32,000 bases of DNA from Paramicrosporidium saccamoebae KSL3 (GCA_002794465.1 MTSL01000048.1:1-32000); one strand, 5' to 3'; shown: positions 9,624-21,200, numbered from the stretch's first letter. Notes: generated by a model from the sequence alone, not told the origin. Made by a program: numbers and translations.

Positions 9624-9709
9624 TCAAGTATATAAATGTAATGTTCCTGAGAAGTTGGTTTATTTGACAAGAATGTTTTGGCTATTGAATGCTAGAAATT
9701 TCAGATAAC

Positions 9710-11119
9710 TCAGCAGCCGCCACGACGACATCTACAACGGCTCTTGCCACAACCACAACGACAGCGACGAGGTCGTCTTCTTACTCTGAGATTGCGACTC
9801 TGAGATGAGGAAGACCGAGAGACACTCCAACTCTGACTGCCACTCACACTTCTTCTCTTCCTCTTCTCTATCACCCTCTTCACATCAAACGCCACTGTGC
9901 TGCTCTCCGTGCACTGATTCACTGTTATATGGCGCACATGGTGACGATGCTTTCGCGGCTTCACCTTTATGAGCTTGCGATGACGACTACGCTTCTCCTT
10001 GGAGATCTTGCGGGATTTGCAGGCACGACGACGGGAACGAGAATAAGAGTCGCTGTAGCCACGCTTGTGGTGGTGCTTACCGGTGGCATGACGAGAAGAA
10101 TAACGGGAGGGATGACGTGCTTCTTTAACCGATGGCTTGTCGCTGTCCTTAATAACAGGCTTGTGGATATCAATGCGGGTTTCCTTACAGGTCGGCTTCC
10201 GAGACTTGTGGCATGCAGACTTTTTAGACAGAGTTGGCTTTCGGGTGTCACTTCGGGTCTTTTGGCGAGTGTCATGAGTCTTGTGGCGGATGTCATGAGT
10301 CTTTTGACGAGTTCCTTGACGAGTGTCTTGGCGAGTATCTTGACGAGCGTCTCTCCTTGTTGACACGGTATTCTTGGACTTTGGATGCTGACGACCATGG
10401 CCAGAATTACTCTTGCTGCAGCTCGAACTTGAAGATTTGGAACTGCTGGATGAGCTGCTTGAACTACTTGAGCTGCTTTGAAGCTTCAATGTCTTTCGAG
10501 CATGATGGACATGAGGCTTCCCCGGATGCTGAATCTGGGCGTGCACATGTGGCTTCGTAATCTTTGGCTTTCGCATCAGCTTCTTAGGAGCCTTTGGTTT
10601 GCTCACCTTGTAAGTCGTGACAGTTGTGCTTGAGCCCGAAGTGCTACAAGTGTTCGGAGTCGAAGAATCAGAACTGGGACATTTGTTGATTTGCTCGAGT
10701 AGCTTGTCGGCTGTCTTTGTAATCTTGTTAGTATCGACAGGCACCTTTTGCTTTGACTTTTGCTGCTTGCGCTTGTCAGTCTTGGAAGTCGGTTTCCTAA
10801 CTTGGGTATGCTTGCGTCGCTTACCATGGTCACTGCTACTAGAGTCTGAAGAACTGCTGCTCTCACTCCCACTGCTGCTACTGCTGCTTCTGGAAGAGAC
10901 GTGATGAGGCTTTTTCTTGTGCTGGCGATGCGTCTCTTTTTGTTGCTGCTTGCGTACCTTTTCTTTCTTGGCACGGCGATCCCCAATGACCTTTTGCACG
11001 GCAGCTACAGTCTCCGATCCCATTTCTTCGTGTCGTCTCAAAGATTTTGGACGTATCTTGCCCTCATTTAGCGTGGCCAAGACGATGGGCACCGTCAGCA
11101 AGCACAGAACCTTGTACAT
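9710..11119 (-). CDS. Secreted Ser/Lys/Arg/His-rich low-complexity orphan protein with Cys/Arg-rich C-terminus
   Basis: 469-aa ATG ORF. Signal-peptide-like MYKVLCLLTVPIVLA, poly-Ser runs, DTRQ-type repeats, ending RRRPRRCRCGCGKSRCRCRRGGC*. No family recognised. Confidence 0.78.
   Translation of the reverse strand: MYKVLCLLTVPIVLATLNEGKIRPKSLRRHEEMGSETVAAVQKVIGDRRAKKEKVRKQQQKETHRQHKKKPHHVSSRSSSSSSGSESSSSSDSSSSDHGKRRKHTQVRKPTSKTDKRKQQKSKQKVPVDTNKITKTADKLLEQINKCPSSDSSTPNTCSTSGSSTTVTTYKVSKPKAPKKLMRKPKITKPHVHAQIQHPGKPHVHHARKTLKLQSSSSSSSSSSSSSKSSSSSCSKSNSGHGRQHPKSKNTVSTRRDARQDTRQDTRQGTRQKTHDIRHKTHDTRQKTRSDTRKPTLSKKSACHKSRKPTCKETRIDIHKPVIKDSDKPSVKEARHPSRYSSRHATGKHHHKRGYSDSYSRSRRRACKSRKISKEKRSRHRKLIKVKPRKHRHHVRHITVNQCTESSTVAFDVKRVIEKRKRRSVSGSQSWSVSRSSSSQSRNLRVRRRPRRCRCGCGKSRCRCRRGGC
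10235..10355 (-). repeat. Coding minisatellite (12-bp DTRQ-type units, then KTHDxRx units)
   Basis: Translation DARQDTRQDTRQGTRQKTHDIRHKTHDTRQKTRSDTRK; repeated CTCGTCAAG / ACTCATGACA on the minus strand. Confidence 0.85.
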
Positions 11120-11374
11120 TGTTGGTCAACAGATTCCTGCAACGCCATTTTATACTCCGCTAGTAACTATTTTCTTTCGGAAGCATCACGATCTGCTTGG
11201 ATTCTACTTATTAACAAATGAACCAACTCTATCCATGATCACCAGCACGAATAAAATTTAATATCTTAATTACATAGAACTACATGCAATTATGCATGTT
11301 TACACTGAATGGCTTCAATGCATTTCAGCGCGATTTGGATACCCTGCGACCAGAGAAACGGCTTTTATTTATTC

Positions 11375-12442
11375 TTAAACTGCGTGAAATTGTTCAATCA
11401 GCTTGGAAGCACTCCGTAGAGTCTCCTCTACATCTTCAGATGTTCCCAACGACGGATTGACCTCCACCAAATCCATCGAGACAAGTCTTTTAGTCTCTCC
11501 CAGCACTTTGATAATCTCCACTCCCTCTTCAATTTTTAATCCACCAGGCACGGGGGTGCCAGTGGACGGAGCATACTTGGGGTCCAGTGCGTCAATGTCA
11601 AAGCTGAGATGAATTGGATGCTCGCCCCTTGGGTCAATCGTCTTCAGGGCGTCTGTGATAACCTTGCAAACATTACGCCCTTCTTTGTTGAAACGCGTCA
11701 TGGGATATTCCATCATTTCCAGACGATCAATGGTCTCTTGTTCTGGCTCATCAACGTCGCGGAGTCCAATGTATACAACTCGACTGGTCTGGATAAAGCT
11801 TTCGCGACCCGTATTGACAGATTCCAGCCGCTCTTTAGCCCAGGAAAAGCATCCCAGCTCAGCCCATCCTTTCTTATCAAGCCCAGCAAGTAATGATACA
11901 GGGCATCCATGCAGATTTCCCGAAGATGTGGTAGTTGGTGTGTTAATATCCGCGTGCGCGTCCACCCAAAACACAATCAGCTCGGGTTTTTTAAACTCCA
12001 CCGGGGTCCTTTCCTCTAGTGCCTTTTCAATGATGTTAGAAATGGCGGAAACGCTTCCGATCGCAATACTGTGATCTCCACCTAATGTCAAAATCTTGGG
12101 AAGGACTCCCTTCTTCACAAGTTCCATGGTAGTTCCAAAAATGGAATCATGCAGCTTTAGGTTGGTAGCTGCAACTGCCTCTGGTCTAAGAATCGGGTTC
12201 TTGTTGGTACTAATGATTTTCTTGCCCTCACCAACAACAACACTGGTGAGCTTGGGATCGACAGCCTCCTCAGAGAATGCGCAAAATGTTAGCAATTTTT
12301 CAGGAGCCAGCTCCACACCGGCCTTGCGTTGTCCGTGGCGACTAGCCGCGAGAACAAACATTTCGGGAACATCCTGTATAGTATTAGTATTTTTAGCGGC
12401 CGCCGTTTGAGCGCCAGAGGTGGAAGTAGTAGCGGGGGTCAT
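11375..12442 (-). CDS. CAR1: Arginase
   Basis: GGDHSIAIGS, WVDAHADINTP, SGNLHGCPVS, YIGLRDVD, HLSFDIDALDP, GTPVPGG, DLVEVNP. First ATG at 12442 (ORF-track start is GTG); 355 aa. Confidence 0.96.
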   Translation of the reverse strand: MTPATTSTSGAQTAAAKNTNTIQDVPEMFVLAASRHGQRKAGVELAPEKLLTFCAFSEEAVDPKLTSVVVGEGKKIISTNKNPILRPEAVAATNLKLHDSIFGTTMELVKKGVLPKILTLGGDHSIAIGSVSAISNIIEKALEERTPVEFKKPELIVFWVDAHADINTPTTTSSGNLHGCPVSLLAGLDKKGWAELGCFSWAKERLESVNTGRESFIQTSRVVYIGLRDVDEPEQETIDRLEMMEYPMTRFNKEGRNVCKVITDALKTIDPRGEHPIHLSFDIDALDPKYAPSTGTPVPGGLKIEEGVEIIKVLGETKRLVSMDLVEVNPSLGTSEDVEETLRSASKLIEQFHAV

Positions 12443-12624
12443 CACAACACACTTTGCTTCAGTTCCCCATTTATACGCATGGCCAAAAAAGGTAATTTGA
12501 TACACACGTGCTCCAACACTTGCTCATATCCAGATGAGTCATACTAAATGGCAAGAGATTATTGTAATGTTCTAAACATATCGAGATGACCAGTGCATTC
12601 CTCTTATTGGCCAAATCGAGCCCA

Positions 12625-12633
12625 ATGACTCAT
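12625..12633. promoter_or_regulatory. Perfect Gcn4/AP-1-type site ATGACTCAT upstream of arginase
   Basis: Exact 9-mer about 185 bp 5' of the arginase ATG. Function untested. Confidence 0.35.
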
Positions 12634-12924
12634 CCATTAGGACCGACTTGGGATCGTGCCACTGTATGTATTGTAAGGTTTGCAGTCAAGAAAAATAGGA
12701 TTTCCTAGAGATCTGTAAGGTTTACAGTAGAGGCTTGCGATCTCCAATCCATAGGTAGGATATACTCTTACAGTTACTGAAGGGCTCTTTGTCTCTGGTT
12801 CCCTGATATAATTCAACTTGCTTTCATTCTATCTTACGCACTTATTCATTCCCACCTTATCTCATTCTATTTCACTCGCTGAGAATCTAATTTATCAGGA
12901 TTGTCTATGAAACTACAACCAGGC

Positions 12925-15228
12925 TTAGTCCATTGATGTATTCCTCTTATGTTGGCCATCCTTGTTAAACATTGTCGACACGTTGGGTCGGCGTCCGCCG
13001 GGAGGGGAACTCCATCCGGAGATGGCCTGTTTTGAATCCTGCATGGGTGAACGTTGCTCCTTCTGCCGATCGGCATCTGCAGCACTTTTTTGTACCATTT
13101 CCAGTTGCTGCTCGTACGACAATTCTGCGCCGTACTCTTCCTCGTCTAGATCTTCTCCCACAACGCTGCTGGCCGGACTGCCCACACCGTCAGAAGAGGG
13201 AGATGCCGGTTCTGGAGACGTTTCTCGCTGCTTCTGGATTGTCTCCACCATGTCTTGGTAGAACAGATCAGTAGCAGTGAACGGCAGCTGCACATCGGCA
13301 ATGGCGCGGAGGACATTGCAGTTGTTTACATGTTCGTATTCGACACGGAAAAAGTTCCATTGGAATCTGCGCAAGGCCTCCAGAGTCCAGAGGGTCATGC
13401 TAATAGCAATGGGAGGGATCGTGGGGAAGAGCTTGGGTTGCAAAAGCGGCAAAATCCAGAGGAATCGGGCAATAGTGTCAGAAACAATCAAATACCAATA
13501 GACCCATGGACTGAAGAGGATAGTGTTTCGCAGACGGACGTTGACAGTGCTACGCTGCCAAAGACCGAAATCCATTACAATGTCCCAGCCGAGGGAAAAC
13601 ATTGAACTGACTATCCGCGCCACAACGACAGCATACCAAAGGAAACTAAATCCTGACATTTTGAAAACGCCAATAATGAAGGGGACTGCCAGGGAGCAAA
13701 TGTATTTGGCCAAGTTGGCCAAATGGGGAAAGCTCATTTTGCTGTCATGATAACGACGGATACACTGCAATGAGCGCCACAACCCGGGGAACAATTGCAG
13801 AGTAAATATGTACCAGATTGCGGGGGAGCTAAGGGTAGTTGGCGCCGTTGCTCCATTGAACGTGTAGTAGATGAGCATCCCAAACATTTCAAAAGTGGCA
13901 CCAAGACTCATGTACTGGTCGTTGATAAAAAAGTCTTTGAATCGACAGGGATAGAATGGCGCCGTGATGATTCTTATGGTGACGCGTGCAAACCAAATAC
14001 GAGACTGTCGGTGCAGGATGTTCATGGGGAAGACAAGAGTCAGAGTGATGATGGCAAGAATTATCCACGGTTGGAAGAAGGGACGGGCAATCCAGTCCAG
14101 ACTACCCTCCAAGCTGAGAGTTGCAAATATCATGTAGATCAGGGAAAACACACCAACCAAGGCGCTATATTGACAGACATGGAGGTTGTTTCGCTGGTTA
14201 AACTCGAAAATGAACCGATAGTTCACATAAAACGTCTCCCATACGTAGCAATTCACGGCGAACAGCCAGGACATGGCAAACGGCAGTCCGAATCCAAAGT
14301 AAATCACTCCGAGCGTTTTGGTGGTCATATTGGTGGCGTCAGCAGTAACAAACCAGAAGAGACGCCATATGAGACCAAGACAAAATCCAAGGGTCATGCC
14401 GGCAATAGCGGCTTCTAGATGGAATGTTTTACTTTTGAGATCCTTTACGCGGAGCTTTCGGAGTGCTTTACTCCGGTCGCCCTCGGTAAACACCCAGCGA
14501 TAAATGTTCTCCACATCCGTCATTAAACTGTCAATCACATGACTCCGATAGAATGTATAAGATCTCAAGTTTTCCAAATACTTGGCTGACAGATGTCGAC
14601 CTGCATTCTTGTCATACTTTTTGAGAATCTTGGCACATCCCAGCACGTTTAGCGTTTTAAAGTTACGTATCAGCTCGAGCGAGCGATAGTACTCTAGCAA
14701 AGCCTTTTTAATCCTCATCTTTGCCAAGTGCGTAAATGATGCGGGACGCAGACTGGAGATTTTCAAGTGTTCAGGCATTTCCTTTGGGCTGCCTTTCACT
14801 GACAGTTGGTTCTGGGTCGACTGCACGCCTTCGTCGCCGCTGTTGCTGGAACCCTCGCCGTCGGGCCCGGGGAAAGACCGCCATGTGAGCAGATTCGATT
14901 CTGGCGAGACGTCACCACGTTTCCTCTTGGTATTCTCAGGGAGAATGTGCAGCTGCGCCATGATTTTGAACTTTTTGTCAACAGCTTCCTTTTCGCGAGC
15001 CTTGTAAAAGTCTTCGATTTTCACAAGCTCATTTTCAAAGGTCTCGAAAAAGAGCACTTCGTCAGGGGAGAGGGCACCAGTTTTTTCCACGTCGGTGGGA
15101 GTGCCGGGTCCGTGGGGGAGACGCTTCTCGGCAAAGATCTTGATGAGCTTCTTGAGTTGCTTGTATTGGAGGTATTTAGGACGCCATTCTGCTACGGCTT
15201 CCGCCTCAAGACGCTTGGCAAACTTCAT
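12925..15228 (-). CDS. SYG1: SPX-EXS protein (SYG1/XPR1 phosphate exporter family)
   Basis: SPX MKFAKRL..EWRPKYLQYKQLKK and KILKKYDK; multiple TM helices; EXS motifs FKDFFINDQYMSL, RSLQCIRRYHD, HLANLAKY, WDIVMDFGL, EALRRFQWNFFRVEYEHVNN. ATG at 15228; 767 aa. Confidence 0.96.
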   Translation of the reverse strand: MKFAKRLEAEAVAEWRPKYLQYKQLKKLIKIFAEKRLPHGPGTPTDVEKTGALSPDEVLFFETFENELVKIEDFYKAREKEAVDKKFKIMAQLHILPENTKRKRGDVSPESNLLTWRSFPGPDGEGSSNSGDEGVQSTQNQLSVKGSPKEMPEHLKISSLRPASFTHLAKMRIKKALLEYYRSLELIRNFKTLNVLGCAKILKKYDKNAGRHLSAKYLENLRSYTFYRSHVIDSLMTDVENIYRWVFTEGDRSKALRKLRVKDLKSKTFHLEAAIAGMTLGFCLGLIWRLFWFVTADATNMTTKTLGVIYFGFGLPFAMSWLFAVNCYVWETFYVNYRFIFEFNQRNNLHVCQYSALVGVFSLIYMIFATLSLEGSLDWIARPFFQPWIILAIITLTLVFPMNILHRQSRIWFARVTIRIITAPFYPCRFKDFFINDQYMSLGATFEMFGMLIYYTFNGATAPTTLSSPAIWYIFTLQLFPGLWRSLQCIRRYHDSKMSFPHLANLAKYICSLAVPFIIGVFKMSGFSFLWYAVVVARIVSSMFSLGWDIVMDFGLWQRSTVNVRLRNTILFSPWVYWYLIVSDTIARFLWILPLLQPKLFPTIPPIAISMTLWTLEALRRFQWNFFRVEYEHVNNCNVLRAIADVQLPFTATDLFYQDMVETIQKQRETSPEPASPSSDGVGSPASSVVGEDLDEEEYGAELSYEQQLEMVQKSAADADRQKEQRSPMQDSKQAISGWSSPPGGRRPNVSTMFNKDGQHKRNTSMD

Positions 15229-15856
15229 AGGCAAATATTAGCTAGTATTTTGATGTGGTTTAAAAGACTGAACAAGGATTTGCCTAGTTCTACACAACGC
15301 GTCCTGAAAAGGAAAAAGTGTCCCAACCTTGCCAGGGATGCAAAAACCGGCCAATCGCCTCTTGTTTACCTCACCTGACTGCAATATTATTTATGGAACC
15401 GTTAAATAGTCACCTATCCAACTCCTCAGCACCATTGCCACAGTGCACAAAGCCTGCATAGACTACATATGTATTACTAACAACGCTCTGTTGTGCGGTG
15501 GGAGTATTACCACGGTGTCAATATAAATGGGCGACACGGAACTGTTTATTACCAGCTGGTATAGACTTGCCGACCTAGTGTTCAAACATTGGAAAGTATA
15601 TATTTCCATATTTTCCAGCACCCTGCACTCAGCTAAACATTCCATTACTTCACACTGTTAAACAGCATCCACTTACTATTGGTGAGTCCGACTCAGATAG
15701 CGGTCTCACAGTCCAGTCTGGTTATACTAAGAATGGCCACCTATAAAGAAGCCATATACTTTAATAAAAGCAAGTCCACCCATAAACACACACTTTATAC
15801 GGATTTCACATCACAGACCCTGTAGTCATGGCATGGTAAACAACCGGTGAATTGAC

Positions 15857-18800
15857 CTATGAGAGGAGGAAGCTGCCGCTGCCTTCTTCAATAGCCATGA
15901 GTAACTTTGCTCTCAAAATATCTTTAGAACTGTATCTTGGGAGTTTTAGATAATTCGCACAGGTCATTACGGTGGGCAAACTTTGGTCGGGATGGTCACA
16001 GGTGCGACAGACAACGGTGAGCGCGGGCCTCAGTTTGGCCCAGCCCCCACTTGGCAATTGCGGCCCACCAGTTAGAAATCGAATCAGACGACCTTTGTTC
16101 CCGGGATCCATCTCTGAGAATACCTCTGCGAGCCATTGTATCTGTTGGTTTTCCTTGGTATAGCCGTGATCGGCTTTGATTTCGCGTAGAATTGTTTGGG
16201 GAACCCAGTTTTGATTACGTTCGCCGTTGATTTGACGCAAGAATTCGTCGACAGTAAATATCCTGAAGGCTTCAAAGGGAAGGATCAAATTGAACGCCTC
16301 TACAAATGCTATCCCGGCCTCCTTTATACTGGTCTCCAAGATTAGACGCAAAATACAATCCAGATATTCGTCCAAGTTAGCCTGTGACAAGATCTTGCTT
16401 TCCCCATTGGGGCACAACTCGACTTGAGAGAAGGCAGGATGGACAAAGGCAAAGTCGGATAGAGCGCTGTTAGGTAGCTCGTAAAGTTTCTTCAGCGAGT
16501 TGGCCATGTCAGGATCAACCCGAGCAAGAGTTCGCAAAGAAAGCGGAGAATTTTTCCCCAAGAGGTATCCAACAAATACTTCATTTAGAGGCAGGTCCAG
16601 GATCCTATTGTCCAAAATGGCACGCGCGACTAAGAGCCCCAATTGAGAGAAACACTCTTTCCGAGCTATCGGCGACGGATAGAGTCCACATTTCCATTGT
16701 ACCTGCTCAGAAGTAGCATCACTCAGCCACATTGATGACGTTTGCACCAGCTCTGAAATCATGGAATAAAATTCCAAGGTTGGGCCCTATATGCATTATA
16801 AACAGAGAATGATATATACCAAGCCGACCCCAATGTCTCCATGAAATTGAAACTCTAGGATATACCGCTTATCAGTCGCATACCATGCCAATGCTCGTGT
16901 GGAATGGTCCTCAAATCTATCGCGATCGACCATAATCTTTACCCTTTTAATTCGAGCCAACTTGACTATAGAGTCACTTGGGTCGATGCCTGTCTCCGCT
17001 TTATATGCCGTCTGAATTCTCTAAGGATCAAAACTATTTCAGAAGGGTACATCAAGATATCGGGGTGTTCCGAAGCTTGTAGCCACCAAATATTCAACCT
17101 TTGTGTCAAAGTCAAACAAAAATGGAAATCTCTGCATTAGTCCGTGCCAAGCGGGGGGAATATAGCCAGCAGATACTAACAAGACTTGTTTTAACTGCCT
17201 TTTCAACTTTCGCAGCAGCCTCAAGTTGTTTAAATGACTCAAAAGATTAGGTTCCTGGCAACAAGTTTGCGAGGCCAAATCCAAGCTGTCAAAGCAGGCT
17301 CTCAAATCCTCAGACATTGGAGAGTAAGCTTCTTGGCTAGCCTTTTCAGCGCGGCCATGCTGGATCCTAATTTCGATGACATTATTGAAGAGAGGTCCAA
17401 ATGCTGAGGCGAAATTTTCAATCTTTTCCATTCCATGCAGCGTGTACGATAAGATGCACTTTTCTGCATCAAGCCCACTGATAATGTTGTCATTGATTTT
17501 CATAGAGCACTTGTATTCAGTCCAGTTCACAGATGACGTAGGTTGTTTTGCTGTCGACATGTCTACGGACATGTTTAACAACGCTTCTGTGGACATTGGC
17601 TGTTCAGAAATGGCCGAGAATATGTCTGCAGGAGAAGACATAGGATCCACAGTAATCAGTCGTGAAGAGATGGACTGCCGTCCCTCTATCAGAGCAGAGA
17701 ATGAAACCTTTACAGGACGGGCGACAAACATTAGCGGCTCAAGTGGATGGCCGGATCCTTTCGGAAGCTCCAAGAGAAGCATTGGGTATTCATGGTCATG
17801 GCGGCAAATATACTGCTGAACCTCGTCCATTGTCTTGAGTAACTCGGGTATGCTATCCGGATCGTTCTCCAGAGCAAGCTCTCGGAGGGATGCTATTATA
17901 CCCTTCCACTTGGACAATTCCTTACTCCCACCTTTAAATTTCGAGAACAATGCAGTTTCGACATCAAAAGCCAACTCGCTTATTGAATTTGCGCCGTAAG
18001 GACAGTCCAAAACCCGTGCCGCCTTGGTCAGTGCTTTCTTAAATAAAATATTCAGCTGGTCAACTCTCCATCCCGAGGGCTCACTGGTAAATTTATACAT
18101 GGTGTTATGGCTCTCTGGCACACTTTCAAACAATATAATCAACGATATCAAGGCCAAAACGCATGTGCTTGAGTTACGAGTCACAACAGTAGAGCAAAAG
18201 TTTTCAATACAACCTTCTAGTAAATTCACGTCATTGCTACCCTGCAAGCATACCCCAAGAGATGCAATCATACAAAGTGTCTTTGTCTCTCTTGAGCAAG
18301 GAAGATATAAATGAATGGCGTTTAAGATTTCATAAAAATCAAAGGTCAAGTCATCAGGTATAATATGCTTTTGTTCCTGAATACATAGTGACACTTGAAT
18401 CCGCGGAGACAAGATCAAGTCAAGTTTGCCGTTCTTTGGTATCACCTCGATAGGGAGACGACTGATGACAGAGTCATCGGGATATAACAAAGGAAGTATT
18501 GCTTCCAGAACCCCAATAATAGTTGGTTCACTCTGATCGCTAATGCTGGCAACTTGTGCATTCAATTGAGCCATGGAAAGTTCCATAATGTCACGAACAT
18601 TGCCACTTGGGCTTGCTAACAACAATTTTGCATAAAGCTTAAAGGAAACTAGCCAAATAGCAAGGTCTTTTAGTTCATGGCACAAGAGTAAGAAAATGCG
18701 GGCCATTTCACGATTTCCAGCAAGCAGATCAAAAATGGCCGGAGAATTTGCAATGCTTTGGTATATTTTCAAGATTTCTAGCAATTTGCCCGAGTCACCC

Positions 18801-19562
18801 GAGCTGGATTTTAAGAGAATTTCCAGATCTGGCAACACTGGAACAATGAAACCTTTATAGTCCTCAGGCTTGGCGGACTTTGCCAAAGATGTAGCGGCTT
18901 TGAGGACCGAAAGTTGTGTGGCCCTTGAGAAAAAGTCAAGATGAGACAGCAACGCAGGCAAAGAGCCTGACCTTAGGGACTTTCGTGGAAATCCTTGGGT
19001 GAAGCTTGCCAGACAATCAATTGCTGCTTCAGCTAGGTCGATAAACTCTATGTTCGTGAGGAACCCAACCAGGACATTTAAAATGCCATGCTCAATCATG
19101 TCTTTAGTTGCCAATCTGGAATGATCGGTAATAATCTTGATGCAACGACACGCAGCTATCAGGACCTCAGGGTTCAAACATCCGCTATCAAGGAATTTTG
19201 CAAGGATACTGCCCAGACCGCCAAAATCATTGTCCTGGTTAGGAGCCACCTCGGCAAACGTCTCTGTAAATGTCAGGAGAAAGTCGTTCGTATGATGAAG
19301 TTGCATTATCAGCTGCGTATCGTCGCCCAAGGCAATGCAGGCCTTGATGTTCTCAACTTGTGGTAGCAGGGTTCTTTGCTGCACTAAGATGAGATAAGCT
19401 CGGGGGCAGTACGGGTTTGAAGCATCGACAGACCGGCCGGGTTAAATCCTCCGGTACTAGAATTCTGCCACTCTTCCTCATCGGAATTCCCAGTACTCTG
19501 ATATCCAGAAGAGTGTCCGTCTACATGCTATAAATAATCATACGGAGCCTGATACCCTCCAT
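15857..19562 (-). CDS. UFD4: HECT E3 ubiquitin ligase, UFD4/TRIP12 family (ARM repeats plus HECT)
   Basis: Firm introns 17021-17050 (30 nt) and 16787-16819 (33 nt) join ARM region IEFIDLAEAAIDCL..LSHLDFFS to GVGL|GPTLEFY and HECT C-terminus LPTVMTCANYLKLPRYS..EGSGSFLLS*. The 5' extension to ATG 19562 via introns 19384-19412 (29 nt) and 19521-19555 (35 nt) is inferred and less certain. About 1190 aa. Confidence 0.9.
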
Positions 19563-19928
19563 TTCAAGTAAAAAGGTATTTGATTAATTTTTTACGAGAT
19601 TGTAAATAAGACTGACTCCTTACTGGGCCGTCTATATATGTAGTAGTGAAATGATTTTCAAGGACTTTATCAGGCGGAAGGGAACTTCTTCACAACTATG
19701 GCTTTATATGCCCTTTTACAAGAAATCAGTCGCGTAGTGGGAAAGACGCTAAAACGTAGGCATTTCCATGTTTGATCCGCCACGCATTAACCAGTTAATC
19801 GCTCCACTACTTTATTACATTGCACAAATATCATACTCCAAACTAGGCAATCCACACACAAACAGATGTACTCTCGGAGTTTTAAAAAAATAATGTAAGC
19901 AATTTCAACTTTTCTGGGTTGGAATTAC

Positions 19929-21085
19929 ATGCCGACTCATATGCATCATTCATTAGAGAAGATTAAAAAAATTGACCTCCACACGCACATTATACCCGAA
20001 AGTTGGCCAGACTGGAACAAAGAATTTGGCCGTGGACGCTGGCTCACCATTCGACACGATGCCGATGGTGCAAAACTTATCAATGCCGATGGGACGCTCT
20101 TTCGGGCAGTGGAGAAGAATTGCTATTGTCCAGCAAAGAGATTAGAAGAATGTGACACTACTGACGTGTCTGTCCAGGTTCGATCGACTGTACTGGATTA
20201 ATAGCAATTAGGTCTTGTCTACTGTCCCTGGAATTGGATTCAACTACGGTGCACCGTCACAGGACGCACTCCGCGTTGCCCAATTCCTAAATGATCACAT
20301 TGGCCAAGTGATAAAGAGCGAACCTAAGCGCTTTGTCGGATTGGGTACTATCCCTCTCCAGGATTCTGACTTGGCAATTATCGAACTCAAGAGGTGTGTG
20401 ACCGAACTCGGCATGGCGGGTGTTCAAATAGGGAGCCATGTAGACGGTCGCAGCCTTGATGATTCCAGTCTGGAAAAGTTCTGGACCACCGTGGAGGAAT
20501 TGGACTGTGCTGTTTTTGTCCATCCTTGGGACATGTCCGACGCTGAAAGGGTCCAAAAGTACTGGTTTCCCTGGTACAAAATGTCCGATTTTTAATTTTA
20601 TAGGCTGCTTGGAATGCCACACGAAACCTCAATCGCACTGGGTAGTTTGCTTCTAGGCGGAGTGCTAGAACGACATCCCAAGTTGAGAATCTGCTTCGCC
20701 CACGGAGGAGGGTGTTTTCCTGCACTAATTGGGAGAATTAGCCACGGGTTCCACGCTAGACCCGATCTGTGCCAGACTGTAACTACCACTGACCCCAAGT
20801 AGCCCACATACAACTCTCACGTAATGCTGTAGAAATCTTTTAAAGCAAGTTTATGTGGATAGCCTGGTGCACGACCCAGAAATCTTGGAATTGCTAGTGA
20901 AAAAGTTTGGCGAGGATCGCATTATCCTTGGTAGCGACTATCCGTTTCCGCTTGGCGAAATTGATCGACCAGGCCAGCTCATAGAGACCACTCAGCTTGC
21001 CAAGGAGCCAGGCGACACTGAACGAATCCGCCAAAAGTTACTTTGGAAGAATGCCGTCACATTCTTAAAGCTGCCAGATTTTTAG
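19929..21085 (+). CDS. ACMSD: 2-amino-3-carboxymuconate-6-semialdehyde decarboxylase (amidohydrolase 2 family)
   Basis: join(19929-20177,20212-20573,20604-20798,20833-21085); introns of 34, 30 and 34 nt. Restores KIDLHTHI, VQ|VLSTVP, LGTIPLQ, GVQIGSHV, FVHPWDM, PW|LLGMPHET, FAHGGG, YVDSLVHD, GSDYPFPLGE. Confidence 0.95.
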
Positions 21086-21110
21086 TAATCAATTTTGATC
21101 TATCATAATT

Positions 21111-21200
21111 TGCATCGTTACATGCTGGGTTGTGCGCATAGTTGCATTGTTAAATGCTGGGTTGGGCGCATATTTACATCATTACATGCTAGTTGGATGC
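21111..21200. repeat. 32-bp tandem repeat, about 2.8 copies, between the convergent ACMSD and Whi3-like stop codons
   Basis: 21111 TGCATCGTTACATGCTGGGTTGTGCGCATAGT; 21143 TGCATTGTTAAATGCTGGGTTGGGCGCATATT; 21175 TACATCATTACATGCTAGTTGGATGC. Confidence 0.9.

Noticed and set aside
15360-15856. About 500-bp spacer between UFD4 and SYG1 with a 60-aa ORF (15463-15645)
   Set aside because: No recognisable motif or convincing spliced model; most simply UFD4 3' UTR plus SYG1 promoter.
19384-19562. A 23-nt first intron (19521-19543) for UFD4
   Set aside because: Frame-compatible, but the 35-nt alternative (19521-19555) fits the 28-38 nt range of all other introns.
21111-21200. 32-bp repeat as a mini-CRISPR array
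   Set aside because: Units are contiguous with no spacers, there are no cas genes, and the context is eukaryotic.
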